NCBI GenBank assembly: GCA_000175855.1
Contig: ACYB01000037.1
Location: 90,001-122,000 of the forward strand
From: Raphidiopsis brookii D9
GTDB taxonomy: Bacteria; Cyanobacteriota; Cyanobacteriia; Cyanobacteriales; Nostocaceae
Direction of reading: 5' to 3'
Length of the DNA: 32,000 nt
This document shows, piece after piece, positions 18,993 through 27,323 of the stretch (the first letter of the stretch is position 1; each line of letters begins with the position of its first letter). Made by a program: the position numbers and the translations under genes. The notes beneath the pieces are model-generated. The model was not told the origin of the DNA. It did not search any database and saw only the letters and a program-made list of their open reading frames with translations.

Positions 18993-19388
18993 ATGTTACA
19001 AAACCTTACTCTCCGTCAATTATTAGCCATTGGTTTAGGTGCGATCGCCGGTGCTTTAGTTCGTTACTACTTAACGTTTTGGTTCACGTTGAACCTGGGG
19101 ACAAGTTTTCCTTATGGGACATTTTTTATTAATCTTACTGGTTGCGTAGCAATGGGGTTTTTTACCGGTTGGATGGGACAAAAAACCATAATTTCACAGG
19201 AAGTAAGGTTAATGATTTCTACAGGATTCTTAGGCGCATATACAACTTTTTCTACATATAGTTTAGAGTCCTTAGCCTTGATTCAGGGGGGATATTTTTT
19301 CAAGGCTATTTTTTATTGGTTAGGTAGCGCAGTTTTAGGAGTTACTGGTTTATACTTGGGTGTGGTGTTTGCTCGTTATTTATTGTAG
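18993..19388 (+). CDS. crcB: Fluoride ion channel CrcB/FluC
   Basis: 131 aa with four hydrophobic helices and family motifs GTFFINLTGCVAMGF and GFLGAYTTFSTYSLE. Starts 11 nt after the upstream stop. Confidence 0.9.
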   Translation: MLQNLTLRQLLAIGLGAIAGALVRYYLTFWFTLNLGTSFPYGTFFINLTGCVAMGFFTGWMGQKTIISQEVRLMISTGFLGAYTTFSTYSLESLALIQGGYFFKAIFYWLGSAVLGVTGLYLGVVFARYLL

Positions 19389-19427
19389 TTTTAAATCAAA
19401 TTTACCGTATTTAGTGGAGACATTAAT

Positions 19428-19454
19428 AATATAAATAATACAAATAATATAAAT
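19428..19454 (+). repeat. Three tandem 9-mers (AATATAAAT / AATACAAAT / AATATAAAT) ending 4 nt before the start codon at 19459
   Basis: Read directly from the sequence; 26/27 positions fit a 9-nt period. Confidence 0.8.
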
Positions 19455-19458
19455 CATC

Positions 19459-20106
19459 ATGAGCGAACTGGAGCGTTATTACAGACTATTAGATTTAGAG
19501 CCTGGTGCAACAATGGAAGAGATTAACCAAGCTTACAAAGATTTAGTTTTTGTTTGGCATCCCGATCGCCTACCTAAGGATAATCACCGCTTACAGAAAA
19601 AAGCCCATGATAAGATCAAAGCGTTAAATCAAGCACGGGAAAAATTACGTTCCTTTCAAGACCAGTCTCAACCTGGACATAATTCTGAGCCATCTACATC
19701 TAAAAAGTCCCCTTACCGACCAAATCAACCGCCTCCCCAAAATCCGGATCTAAGTGGTAGAGATTTTAGCCATGCCAACCTCAGCAATAAGGATCTATCA
19801 GGTAGAAATCTTAGTTATGCTAATTTAAGTGGATCCAATCTTAGTGATACTTTTATGCACAAAGTTAATCTTAGAGGTGCAAATCTATCAGGAGCTAATT
19901 TATTTCGAGCTAACTTACTATTAGCAGATTTAAGAGAGGCAAACTTACGTTCAGCCAATTTAATAGGTGCAGATCTCAGCGGTGCAGATCTGCGAGGTGC
20001 TGACCTAACTGGTGCTAGAATGCGCTCAGGGGAGCGTCTCCTGGTCAAGCTAGTGGGCGCAAACCTTACAGGGGCCATTATGCCTGATGGTGCAATTTAT
20101 GGTTAA
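19459..20106 (+). CDS. J-domain (DnaJ-like) protein fused to pentapeptide repeats
   Basis: N-terminal J domain YYRLLDLEPGATMEEINQAYKDLVFVWHPDR with an HPD motif. The C-terminal part is a run of A(N/D)L(S/R)G-type pentapeptide repeats (ANLSGANLFRANLLLADLREANLRSANLIGADLSGADLRGADLTGA). Confidence 0.85.
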   Translation: MSELERYYRLLDLEPGATMEEINQAYKDLVFVWHPDRLPKDNHRLQKKAHDKIKALNQAREKLRSFQDQSQPGHNSEPSTSKKSPYRPNQPPPQNPDLSGRDFSHANLSNKDLSGRNLSYANLSGSNLSDTFMHKVNLRGANLSGANLFRANLLLADLREANLRSANLIGADLSGADLRGADLTGARMRSGERLLVKLVGANLTGAIMPDGAIYG

Positions 20107-20143
20107 AAAAGTCTCAACCCTAAAAGAAGTAGCAGATGCAATA

Positions 20144-20170
20144 CCTGGGTTTCTAACCAAAAACCCCGGG
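20144..20170 (+). terminator. Hairpin downstream of the J-domain/pentapeptide gene
   Basis: CCTGGGTTT (20144-20152) pairs with AAACCCCGGG (20161-20170) with one bulge and an 8-nt loop. No U-tract follows. Confidence 0.3.
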
Positions 20171-20220
20171 ATGCGGGTTATCAATTTATTCATCCCCATA
20201 TTGTTTTATAAAACACGACT

Positions 20221-21579
20221 ATGATATTAGAACCCATACAAGAACCAATACAAGTAATAGGCGGTGGACTTGCAGGTACAGAAGCAGCATGGCAAATAGC
20301 TCAAGCAGGAGTACCCGTGATTCTACACGAGATGCGTCCCCAACGCTTTAGTCCCGCCCATCATACTGAAAACTTAGCTGAACTAGTGTGTAGTAACTCC
20401 TTTGGAGCTATGGCAAGCGATCGCGCAGCTGGGTTACTGCATGAAGAACTGCGACAACTTGACTCTATAGTTATTAGTAAAGCGGATGAACATGCAGTGC
20501 CAGCAGGTGGTGCTTTGGCGGTAGATAGGGGAAAATTTGGAGAGGATCTTACCCAAACTCTAGCCAATCACCCTTTGATTGATTTACGACGAGGGGAGGT
20601 AAAGGAAATTCCCGGGGGGATAGTGGTTTTAGCCTCAGGACCACTAACCAGTCCCCAATTGTCCGCTGATATTCAACAATTCACAGGATTAGAATATCTC
20701 AACTTCTTTGATGCTGCTAGTCCCATAATAGTAGGGGATTCCATTAATAGGGATATTGCCTTTATGGCTTCCCGTTATGACAAAGGTGAGGCGGCCTATT
20801 TAAATTGTCCCATGAGTAAACAGCAGTATTTAGAATTTCGGGAAGCACTTTGCCAAGCGGAACAAACTGAATTAAAGGACTTTGAAAGAGAAACAGCGAA
20901 GTTTTTTGAAGCCTGTTTACCCATAGAAGAAATGGCACAAAGAGGGGAAGACACCATGCGATATGGTCCCCTGAAACCGGTAGGTTTAACAGATGGCAGA
21001 ACAGGAGAGCGTAACTACGCAGTAGTGCAGTTACGACAAGAAGATAAAGCGGGGCAACTATGGAATATGGTAGGGTTTCAAACCAATTTACGTTGGGGGG
21101 AGCAAAAACGGGTGTTTAGAATGATTCCCGGTTTGGAAAATGCCGAGTTTATTAGATTGGGAGTAATGCACCGAAACACTTTTTTAAACGCGCCCCAGTT
21201 AATTTTGCCGACCCTGCAATTTAAACAACGACATACCCTACTAGCAGCAGGACAATTAATTGGTACAGAGGGTTATACCGCTGCATCTGCTGGTGGTTGG
21301 TTAGCAGGGACTAACGCGGCGAGAATTGCCCTGGGGAGGGAACCTCTCACCCTACCGAACACCACAATGATGGGATCTTTATTTGAGTTTATTAGTGGTG
21401 CAGTACCCAAGCATTTTCAACCCATGCCACCCAATTTTGGCATAGTTCCAGATTTGGGCGTTAAAATCAAGAGCAAACCGGAAAAATACGGGCGTTATCG
21501 AGATAGATCATTAGCGGATTTAGATGAGTGGAAATCCCAATATTTTTCTTCTTTGAGTAGGAATCTTAACAATTCTTAA
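20221..21579 (+). CDS. trmFO: Methylenetetrahydrofolate--tRNA-(uracil54-C5)-methyltransferase (FADH2-oxidising)
   Basis: N-terminal FAD motif [24 protein letters not shown], and [11 protein letters not shown]; 452 aa, typical TrmFO/Gid. Confidence 0.95.
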   Translation: MILEPIQEPIQVIGGGLAGTEAAWQIAQAGVPVILHEMRPQRFSPAHHTENLAELVCSNSFGAMASDRAAGLLHEELRQLDSIVISKADEHAVPAGGALAVDRGKFGEDLTQTLANHPLIDLRRGEVKEIPGGIVVLASGPLTSPQLSADIQQFTGLEYLNFFDAASPIIVGDSINRDIAFMASRYDKGEAAYLNCPMSKQQYLEFREALCQAEQTELKDFERETAKFFEACLPIEEMAQRGEDTMRYGPLKPVGLTDGRTGERNYAVVQLRQEDKAGQLWNMVGFQTNLRWGEQKRVFRMIPGLENAEFIRLGVMHRNTFLNAPQLILPTLQFKQRHTLLAAGQLIGTEGYTAASAGGWLAGTNAARIALGREPLTLPNTTMMGSLFEFISGAVPKHFQPMPPNFGIVPDLGVKIKSKPEKYGRYRDRSLADLDEWKSQYFSSLSRNLNNS

Positions 21580-21638
21580 TAAATTATTGGTGAAATAATT
21601 CCAGCTAACCAGCAAAACCGTGTTATATTAGAGCATGA

Positions 21639-21711
21639 GGGCGCGTGGCTCAGTGGATAGAGCAACAGATTCCGGTTCTGTGGGTCGGGGGTTCAAATCC
21701 CTCCGCGCTCG
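21639..21711 (+). tRNA. tRNA-Arg (anticodon CCG)
   Basis: Hand-folded 73-nt cloverleaf: acceptor GGGCGCG/CGCGCTC (one G-U), D arm GCTC-AGTGGATA-GAGC, anticodon arm ACAGA-TTCCGGT-TCTGT, T arm GGGGG-TTCAAAT-CCCTC, discriminator G. No encoded CCA and no intron. Confidence 0.9.
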
Positions 21712-21808
21712 CCTAGTTAACGCTGGATGTTATTTGTCAGCAAAGGATCAGCCACTTGAAATTCAGCTACGAGCCCCAGGTTTTGGAAGCATACTTGGGA
21801 TAACCGGT

Positions 21809-22846
21809 CTAGATTTCCAACTCACGTGCAATCAGGGACATAGAATAACAAAATACCCAGTAAATTACCCCAATAAATATATAAACCTCCATGTATCTAC
21901 CCAGAAATTGTGGTTGTGCTAGAATGGAACGGGCAATTCCGGTTAATTCCACTAAACCCACAAGGGACAATAATGAGGTATCCTTGAATAAACCAATAAA
22001 CTGCCCTACAATTGTGGGGATTACCGCTCGCAAAGCTTGAGGTAATATAACCAATATCAGGAGCAAGAAGGTATTTAAACCCAACGCTCTTGCTGCTTCA
22101 AATTGTCCTCTGGGTATGGATTGCAGTCCCCCACGCACATTTTCTGCCATATAAGCGGCACTAAATAAAACCAGCCCCGCAACACCCCTAACTAATCTGT
22201 CTAAACGCCAATTGTCAGGTAGAAACAGAGGTAACATCACCTGGGCAATAAACAAAATCCCTATGAGCGGTAAACCTCTAACTAGCTCAATGTAGAGAAT
22301 AGAAAACCAGCGAATTACAGGCAATTCACTGTTTCTTCCTAATGCTAATAGTACACCGAGAGGAAAGGAAAGTACTATACTAACGAATGCCATTAACAAG
22401 GTTAGTAAAAGTCCATTCCATAAATTTGTAGGAACAGATTGTAACCCCAAACCACCACCAAGTAACCAAATAGTAATGATAAAAGTTAAGAACCATATAG
22501 GTGCTAACAGAGGTACAATTAATTGATAGGCTTTTTGAAGCAATTGGTTTTCAGGCAAATGGTATTTTGCATCAACCCATACCAAGTTATCAACCCTATA
22601 ATAGAATTGATTGCCAAAGCTAGCCAGATTCGCCAATATAAAGCCTGGGGGAATCTGCCAACTAAAAATAAAATGGATATTTGCCGTAACAACTTCCCAC
22701 TTGGCTTGATTAAATATCCAAAATAATATGCCTTTACCTAGGGAAAATAAAACAATTACACAAACTATAGTTAATACCCCGTTATACCAGTTATTAAATA
22801 GATTTTTTCTAAGCCAAATTAGCTGATCCATAATTAGCATTACCAA
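21809..22846 (-). CDS. natH: Amino-acid ABC transporter permease (AapM/NatH-like)
   Basis: Polar-amino-acid permease signature (EAARALGLN...ILPQALRAVIPTIVGQFIGLFKDTSL). Third gene of the binding protein / permease / permease order seen in Anabaena natFGH and Rhizobium aapJQM. Confidence 0.75.
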   Translation of the reverse strand: MVMLIMDQLIWLRKNLFNNWYNGVLTIVCVIVLFSLGKGILFWIFNQAKWEVVTANIHFIFSWQIPPGFILANLASFGNQFYYRVDNLVWVDAKYHLPENQLLQKAYQLIVPLLAPIWFLTFIITIWLLGGGLGLQSVPTNLWNGLLLTLLMAFVSIVLSFPLGVLLALGRNSELPVIRWFSILYIELVRGLPLIGILFIAQVMLPLFLPDNWRLDRLVRGVAGLVLFSAAYMAENVRGGLQSIPRGQFEAARALGLNTFLLLILVILPQALRAVIPTIVGQFIGLFKDTSLLSLVGLVELTGIARSILAQPQFLGRYMEVYIFIGVIYWVFCYSMSLIARELEI

Positions 22847-22854
22847 CGTGATTA

Positions 22855-23796
22855 TTATCTTTCTTTAATTTGGACAGTGCGATTGATTAAATTCATTACT
22901 ATAGAAATAGTTAAGCTTAAAGTTAAATAGGTGATCATCAATAAAACCATGACTTCCACAGCTTTTCCTGTTTGGTTAAAGGTGGTAGAAGCGACAAAAT
23001 ACATATCTGGATAACCAATAGCGATCGCTAAACTAGAATTTTTCATCAAATTCAAATATTGACTGGTAAGTGGGGGGACAATCAGCTTTAAAGCCTGGGG
23101 AAATATTATCAACCTCATTAACAAACCAGATCTTAACCCTAAAGATAATCCTGCGTCCCACTGTCCCTGGGAGACTGACTTTATACCCGCTCTGACAATT
23201 TCTGCTACAAAAGCACCGGTGTAAAATGTCAGACCTAATAACAGGGTACAAAATTCTGGAGTTAGATTAACTCCCTGATAGGTGAGGGTGGGTAAATCTA
23301 TGCCATTTTGACTCAGGTAACCTAAACCAAAAAGAGAAATTTTATTTTCTGGTTTTGGTAAAGATAGAAAAACTCCAAAATACCAAAATAACAACTGCAA
23401 TAATAAAGGAGTGTTTCTAAAAATCTCCACGTAAACTAAACTGATATTTCTTACTAACCAATTATCAGATAAACGCCCTATACCAGCAGTTATTCCCACA
23501 ACCGTAGCCAACAAAATTCCTAAAGTTGCTACTCGCAAGGAATTAACTAGTCCCACAGCTAAAGCGCGCCCATAGGATTCAGTAGCATCATATTTAACTA
23601 GGCTTTCACCAATGTCAAAAGATGCTTGTTGTCCAAGAAAATCCCACCCAAAACTAATACCCAACTGACGTAAGTTATGGTTAGCATTATTCCATAGGAT
23701 ATTCACTATACCCAAGGCCATAAGTATGGCTACAACCTGTATGGCAATTTGCCAGAAACGATAATTACGCCATATTGGTGGTTGGGAATTAGTCAT
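22855..23796 (-). CDS. natG: Amino-acid ABC transporter permease (AapQ/NatG-like)
   Basis: Permease EAA-type loop (QWDAGLSLGL...IIFPQALKLIVPPLTSQYLNLMKNSSL) and multiple TM helices. Confidence 0.75.
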   Translation of the reverse strand: MTNSQPPIWRNYRFWQIAIQVVAILMALGIVNILWNNANHNLRQLGISFGWDFLGQQASFDIGESLVKYDATESYGRALAVGLVNSLRVATLGILLATVVGITAGIGRLSDNWLVRNISLVYVEIFRNTPLLLQLLFWYFGVFLSLPKPENKISLFGLGYLSQNGIDLPTLTYQGVNLTPEFCTLLLGLTFYTGAFVAEIVRAGIKSVSQGQWDAGLSLGLRSGLLMRLIIFPQALKLIVPPLTSQYLNLMKNSSLAIAIGYPDMYFVASTTFNQTGKAVEVMVLLMITYLTLSLTISIVMNLINRTVQIKER

Positions 23797-23829
23797 TGGT
23801 TATCTTCTCCAAATATTACCGGTTGGGAA

Positions 23830-24885
23830 CTAACGAAATGGTGGAGAATAGAGTAGACCACCCTTACTATAAAGTTCATTTTGTCCACGGGGGAGATTCA
23901 GTTTGGTTTTAGACCCTAAATTGCGATCATAAATTTCCCCGTAGTTACCAACATGCTTAATTATTCGAGCAGCAAAATCATTGGTTAAACCTATACCTTT
24001 ACCTAGGTTACCTTCTGTGCCTAAAAAACGTTTAATTTCCGGATCCTTACTATTGGCAAATTGGGATATGTTTTGAGAGTTAATGCCTAACTCTTCAGCC
24101 TTGATTAGGGCGTAAACACTCCATTTAACAATATTATTCCATTGAGGGTCCCCCTGAGCAACTGCGGGAGCCAAAGGTTCTGAAGAAAGCAATTCATTCA
24201 GAATAATATTATCTTCAGGTTTGGGTAAGGTAGTACGTCGGGAAATTAAGGCTGAACGATCAGCAGTTACCGCATCACAACGACCTTCCGAATAGGTGGC
24301 AAAGGTAACGTTAATGTCTTCAAAAACTACGGGTTTATAACTAATGCCCCGCTTCCGCATTTGGTCAGCTAAATTTTGTTCCGTGGTTGTACCCGTTTGC
24401 GTGCAGATGGCTTTGTTTTTTAAATCAGCTAAGGAATTAATACCACTATTTTTACGGATCATGATTCCTTGACCATCATATAGTACCACGGGTGAAAAAT
24501 ATAGACCCATAGAAGTGTCACGACTAAAAGTCCATGTGGTATTACGACTAAGTAAATCTATCTCACCAGTTTGCAAAGCTGTGAATCTTTCTTTAGCACT
24601 AAGATTACGAAACTCTACTTTGTCCGGATTGTCAAATAAGGCAGCTGCAACAGCGCGACAAACATCCACATCAATACCGGCATATTTACCATCAGTTTGC
24701 ACAAAGCTAAATCCAGGTAACTCACCACTCACACCACAAACTAAACGGAGATTGGTTTTAACTTTATCAGTAGTATTGCGTGGTTGTGCTGTTGATGTAG
24801 ATGTGCTGCTACTAGGACTGCTATTGCAACCCAAAAGGGCAAAAATAAGAGGACCAACTACTAAAAACAAAAATGATTTTGCCAT
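23830..24885 (-). CDS. natF: Amino-acid ABC transporter substrate-binding lipoprotein (AapJ/NatF-like); start placed at the internal Met (track start 24966)
   Basis: Family-3 solute-binding features (GEIDLLSRNTTWT, DGQGIM). MAKSFLFLVVGPLIFALLGC at the internal Met is a lipoprotein signal peptide with an LLGC lipobox. The 27 residues upstream look non-coding. Confidence 0.75.
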   Translation of the reverse strand: MAKSFLFLVVGPLIFALLGCNSSPSSSTSTSTAQPRNTTDKVKTNLRLVCGVSGELPGFSFVQTDGKYAGIDVDVCRAVAAALFDNPDKVEFRNLSAKERFTALQTGEIDLLSRNTTWTFSRDTSMGLYFSPVVLYDGQGIMIRKNSGINSLADLKNKAICTQTGTTTEQNLADQMRKRGISYKPVVFEDINVTFATYSEGRCDAVTADRSALISRRTTLPKPEDNIILNELLSSEPLAPAVAQGDPQWNNIVKWSVYALIKAEELGINSQNISQFANSKDPEIKRFLGTEGNLGKGIGLTNDFAARIIKHVGNYGEIYDRNLGSKTKLNLPRGQNELYSKGGLLYSPPFR

Positions 24886-25143
24886 AACTCTGCTACAATG
24901 GTAAATATCAGGATAAACCCGGGGGTAATTATAGTAAATTTTCTTAAGTACTGTCAATGGTTTCAACTATATAACTCATACCCTATAATACGATGGAACC
25001 TGGGGTTTTAAACAGCAATTGTAGCCATTCTCACATTCCTTAAACCAATGGTTAATGCTGCTTCACTTCCTCTCAAAAATATCCATAGCAAGTTAAGATG
25101 GTTGTGGTGGAGTTCTCAAACTTCCCGGTCATGATACCACCAT

Positions 25144-25166
25144 GACTATCCATATAGTCGTTTTTT
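25144..25166 (+). terminator. Terminator-like hairpin plus T6 in the 5' region of the DUF3318-like gene
   Basis: GACTAT-CCAT-ATAGTC followed by G-TTTTTT (25161-25166), 36 nt upstream of the ATG at 25203. No + strand gene ends upstream of it. Confidence 0.3.
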
Positions 25167-25202
25167 AGTAAATATTAACAAACTGATATCGCTTGAATTT
25201 TT

Positions 25203-25853
25203 ATGACATCATACACAACTTCCTCTGCTAAAGCAGAAATGAGCGAACTTAGAAGATTAAAGAGTCTACTCCCACCAGAATTACAAAGTTGGGTAATTGT
25301 GGAAGGAACAACAGAAGTCAGTCCTCCTTTGATTCGTTCTGAAGAAATTGGTAAAGACCAAGTGGAGATTCAAATTGATTTAATTAAGTGGGATGCCTTA
25401 GCTATGGACCAGCGTAACCTTCTATTTTGGCATGAGGTGGGACGTATTCAAAATGATACTATCCCTAAAGATGGGTGGGAAATGGCTGCGTTGGCTATTG
25501 GTTTAGGTGGTGCTGTAGGTGAATTGTGGGTGCAGGATGGATTATTATTAGTTTTGGCTTTAGCTCTTTGTGGAGTTTCTGGCTGGCGACTATATCAAAA
25601 AAACAATGGCACAAAGCAAACAAAAGAGTTAATTGATGCTGATGAAAAGGCTATTACCTTGGCTACGCGATTTGGTTACACTTTACCTAATGCCTATAAA
25701 AGCTTAGGAAGTGCTCTTAAAACTTTAATTGATACTACCCCGGGTAAGCGTCAGCGTTCTCGTTACGAAGCTAGGCTTTCTGCTCTTAAACGTAGTGCTA
25801 ATAAGGCTAAATCTAGGTCTAACAATTCTAACAATGTAGATGAAAACTACTAA
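25203..25853 (+). CDS. Conserved cyanobacterial membrane protein (DUF3318-like, from memory)
   Basis: 216 aa with the conserved stretch RNLLFWHEVGRIQNDTIPKDGWE, then two hydrophobic helices and a basic C-terminal tail. Confidence 0.55.
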   Translation: MTSYTTSSAKAEMSELRRLKSLLPPELQSWVIVEGTTEVSPPLIRSEEIGKDQVEIQIDLIKWDALAMDQRNLLFWHEVGRIQNDTIPKDGWEMAALAIGLGGAVGELWVQDGLLLVLALALCGVSGWRLYQKNNGTKQTKELIDADEKAITLATRFGYTLPNAYKSLGSALKTLIDTTPGKRQRSRYEARLSALKRSANKAKSRSNNSNNVDENY

Positions 25854-26197
25854 TTCAACTACTTATTTCTAAATATAAAGTTTGTGTTGTTCTAGTGGAA
25901 AAAATGAAAGTTTATTGGCATTTCCCAAAAAGGTAAGCATGATACTTTTCGTCAATATAGGGAAATTTATCATAGGATTAAACAGTCTAAACTGTTTTCT
26001 ATTCGTAAAGTAGCCACTAGCATCTATCCCAGGAAAGACAATTATTAGTTGAAACTAGTTGAGAACCTCTACCCCTTGGGTAGGGGATAAACAGGGGGAA
26101 AGATTTACCCTAGAGATGTTTATTTTCACCCAAAACCAAACATTCCGGGTGGGTAAGCGTGGCGGAATCTTAGATAGTAACCCAAGTTGATAGCTTC

Positions 26198-27220
26198 ATG
26201 ACTGGAAAATTCGTAGAAATAGATCTTCCGGTTCATTATCTGGAAGGTACGATGGTAGTGCAGGTTTCAAATCGTCTTAGCGTAAATGAAGCCATTTGCT
26301 TTAAAGAGACTTGCCGGGATCTAATTGAGTCTAACCTGGATTCTAAAGTTCTATTGATAGACTTTAATAACACAACTTTTATGGATAGTAGTGGGTTAGG
26401 GGCTTTAGTAAGTATTTTTAGGTCCGCTCAACAGAAGGGAATAGAATTGACACTGGATAACGTAACCCCACAAGTGATGGCAGTCCTTAATTTAACGGGA
26501 TTGGATCAGGTATTTATAATTAAATCTTCTGTAACCAATAAAACTTCAGAATTGACTAACTCCGCAAACAGTTGTGTCAGTAATTGTAGACCAGAAGATC
26601 TACCATCAACTCATCCTTGTGTAAAGTCTAGGATGAAAAGAATTATTGATATAGTTGGGTCTTTAGTAGGGTTAGTAATTACAGTATGTTTATTGATTCC
26701 CATTGGGATTGCCATCAGCATCAATGATCCAGGTCCGATTTTTTTTAGACAGATCCGTTGTGGGTGGATGGGTAAACGTTTTTATATTTGGAAGTTCCGT
26801 TCCATGTGTGTAGATGCGGAAGCCAAAAAGTCCCAGGTAAAAAATCAAGTAGCTGGGGCATTTTTTAAAAACGATCATGACCCTAGGATTACCAAAGTAG
26901 GACGTTTTTTGCGTCGCACCAGTCTGGATGAACTGCCACAATTTTGGAACGTGTTAAAAGGGGAAATGAGTTTAGTTGGTACTCGTCCACCCACCCCTGA
27001 TGAGGTGGAACTATACGAAGTGCCAGAATGGCAACGCTTAGACGTGAAACCAGGGATGACTGGGGAATGGCAAGTAAATGGTCGCTCCAAAGTACGGAAT
27101 TTTGAGGATGTTATTCGTCTGGACCTACAGTATCAGAAAAATTGGAGTTTAGTTTACGATTTGCAATTAATTGTTAAAACTATATCCATTTTATTTAATA
27201 AAAACAGTGGTGCTGTTTAA
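26198..27220 (+). CDS. Fusion protein: N-terminal STAS (anti-sigma-factor-antagonist) domain plus a C-terminal bacterial sugar transferase (monotopic polyprenyl-phosphate phosphoglycosyl transferase)
   Basis: STAS: [23 protein letters not shown]...[23 protein letters not shown] (SpoIIAA-type DSSGLG). PGT: re-entrant helix [37 protein letters not shown], then [38 protein letters not shown]. Confidence 0.85.
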   Translation: MTGKFVEIDLPVHYLEGTMVVQVSNRLSVNEAICFKETCRDLIESNLDSKVLLIDFNNTTFMDSSGLGALVSIFRSAQQKGIELTLDNVTPQVMAVLNLTGLDQVFIIKSSVTNKTSELTNSANSCVSNCRPEDLPSTHPCVKSRMKRIIDIVGSLVGLVITVCLLIPIGIAISINDPGPIFFRQIRCGWMGKRFYIWKFRSMCVDAEAKKSQVKNQVAGAFFKNDHDPRITKVGRFLRRTSLDELPQFWNVLKGEMSLVGTRPPTPDEVELYEVPEWQRLDVKPGMTGEWQVNGRSKVRNFEDVIRLDLQYQKNWSLVYDLQLIVKTISILFNKNSGAV

Positions 27221-27273
27221 ATTCTCGGATAAATCCGGAAAATAGTCTGTTGTGGTTCATGACTCCCGTGGGA

Positions 27274-27313
27274 TATAATGTTTTTAAAGACGCTCCGATG
27301 AACGTCTTTAAAA
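27274..27313 (+). promoter_or_regulatory. Perfect -10 box followed by an 11-bp perfect inverted repeat, upstream of the phzF-like gene
   Basis: TATAAT at 27274-27279. TTTTAAAGACG (27282-27292) and CGTCTTTAAAA (27303-27313) are exact reverse complements separated by 10 nt. GAGGG RBS at 27316-27320 and ATG at 27324. Confidence 0.45.
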
Positions 27314-27323
27314 TTGAGGGAAC

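Noticed and set aside
19815-20078. 87-aa minus-strand ORF (APxRSAP-like repeats)
   Set aside because: It is the antisense reading of the pentapeptide-repeat DNA. Its periodicity is inherited from the sense-strand repeats.
21712-21808. tRNA-Arg 3' flank as an integration (att) site
   Set aside because: There is no integrase and no direct repeat of the tRNA 3' end anywhere in the window. The flanking genes are core genes.
21635-21922. 95-aa plus-strand ORF
   Set aside because: Its 5' part is the tRNA-Arg gene itself and its 3' part is antisense to the natH-like gene end, so it is not coding.
24886-24966. 27-codon N-terminal extension of the binding-protein ORF (MKPLTVLKKIYYNYPRVYPDIYHCSRV)
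   Set aside because: The internal Met is followed by a textbook lipoprotein signal peptide and lipobox, and the extension would bury it. Treated as 5' UTR.
25021-25034. NtcA-like box GTAGCCATTCTCAC (GT-N10-AC) in the natF / DUF3318 divergent region
   Set aside because: The third-position half-site is CAC rather than TAC, and no -10 box lies at the required ~22-nt spacing on either strand.
26066-26086. 9-bp GC-rich hairpin (CCTCTACCC-CTT-GGGTAGGGG) and nearby G-runs as a riboswitch or G-quadruplex upstream of the STAS-PGT gene
   Set aside because: The loop has only 3 nt, only three G-runs lie close together, and it resembles no riboswitch class I know. It may be a simple structural element.
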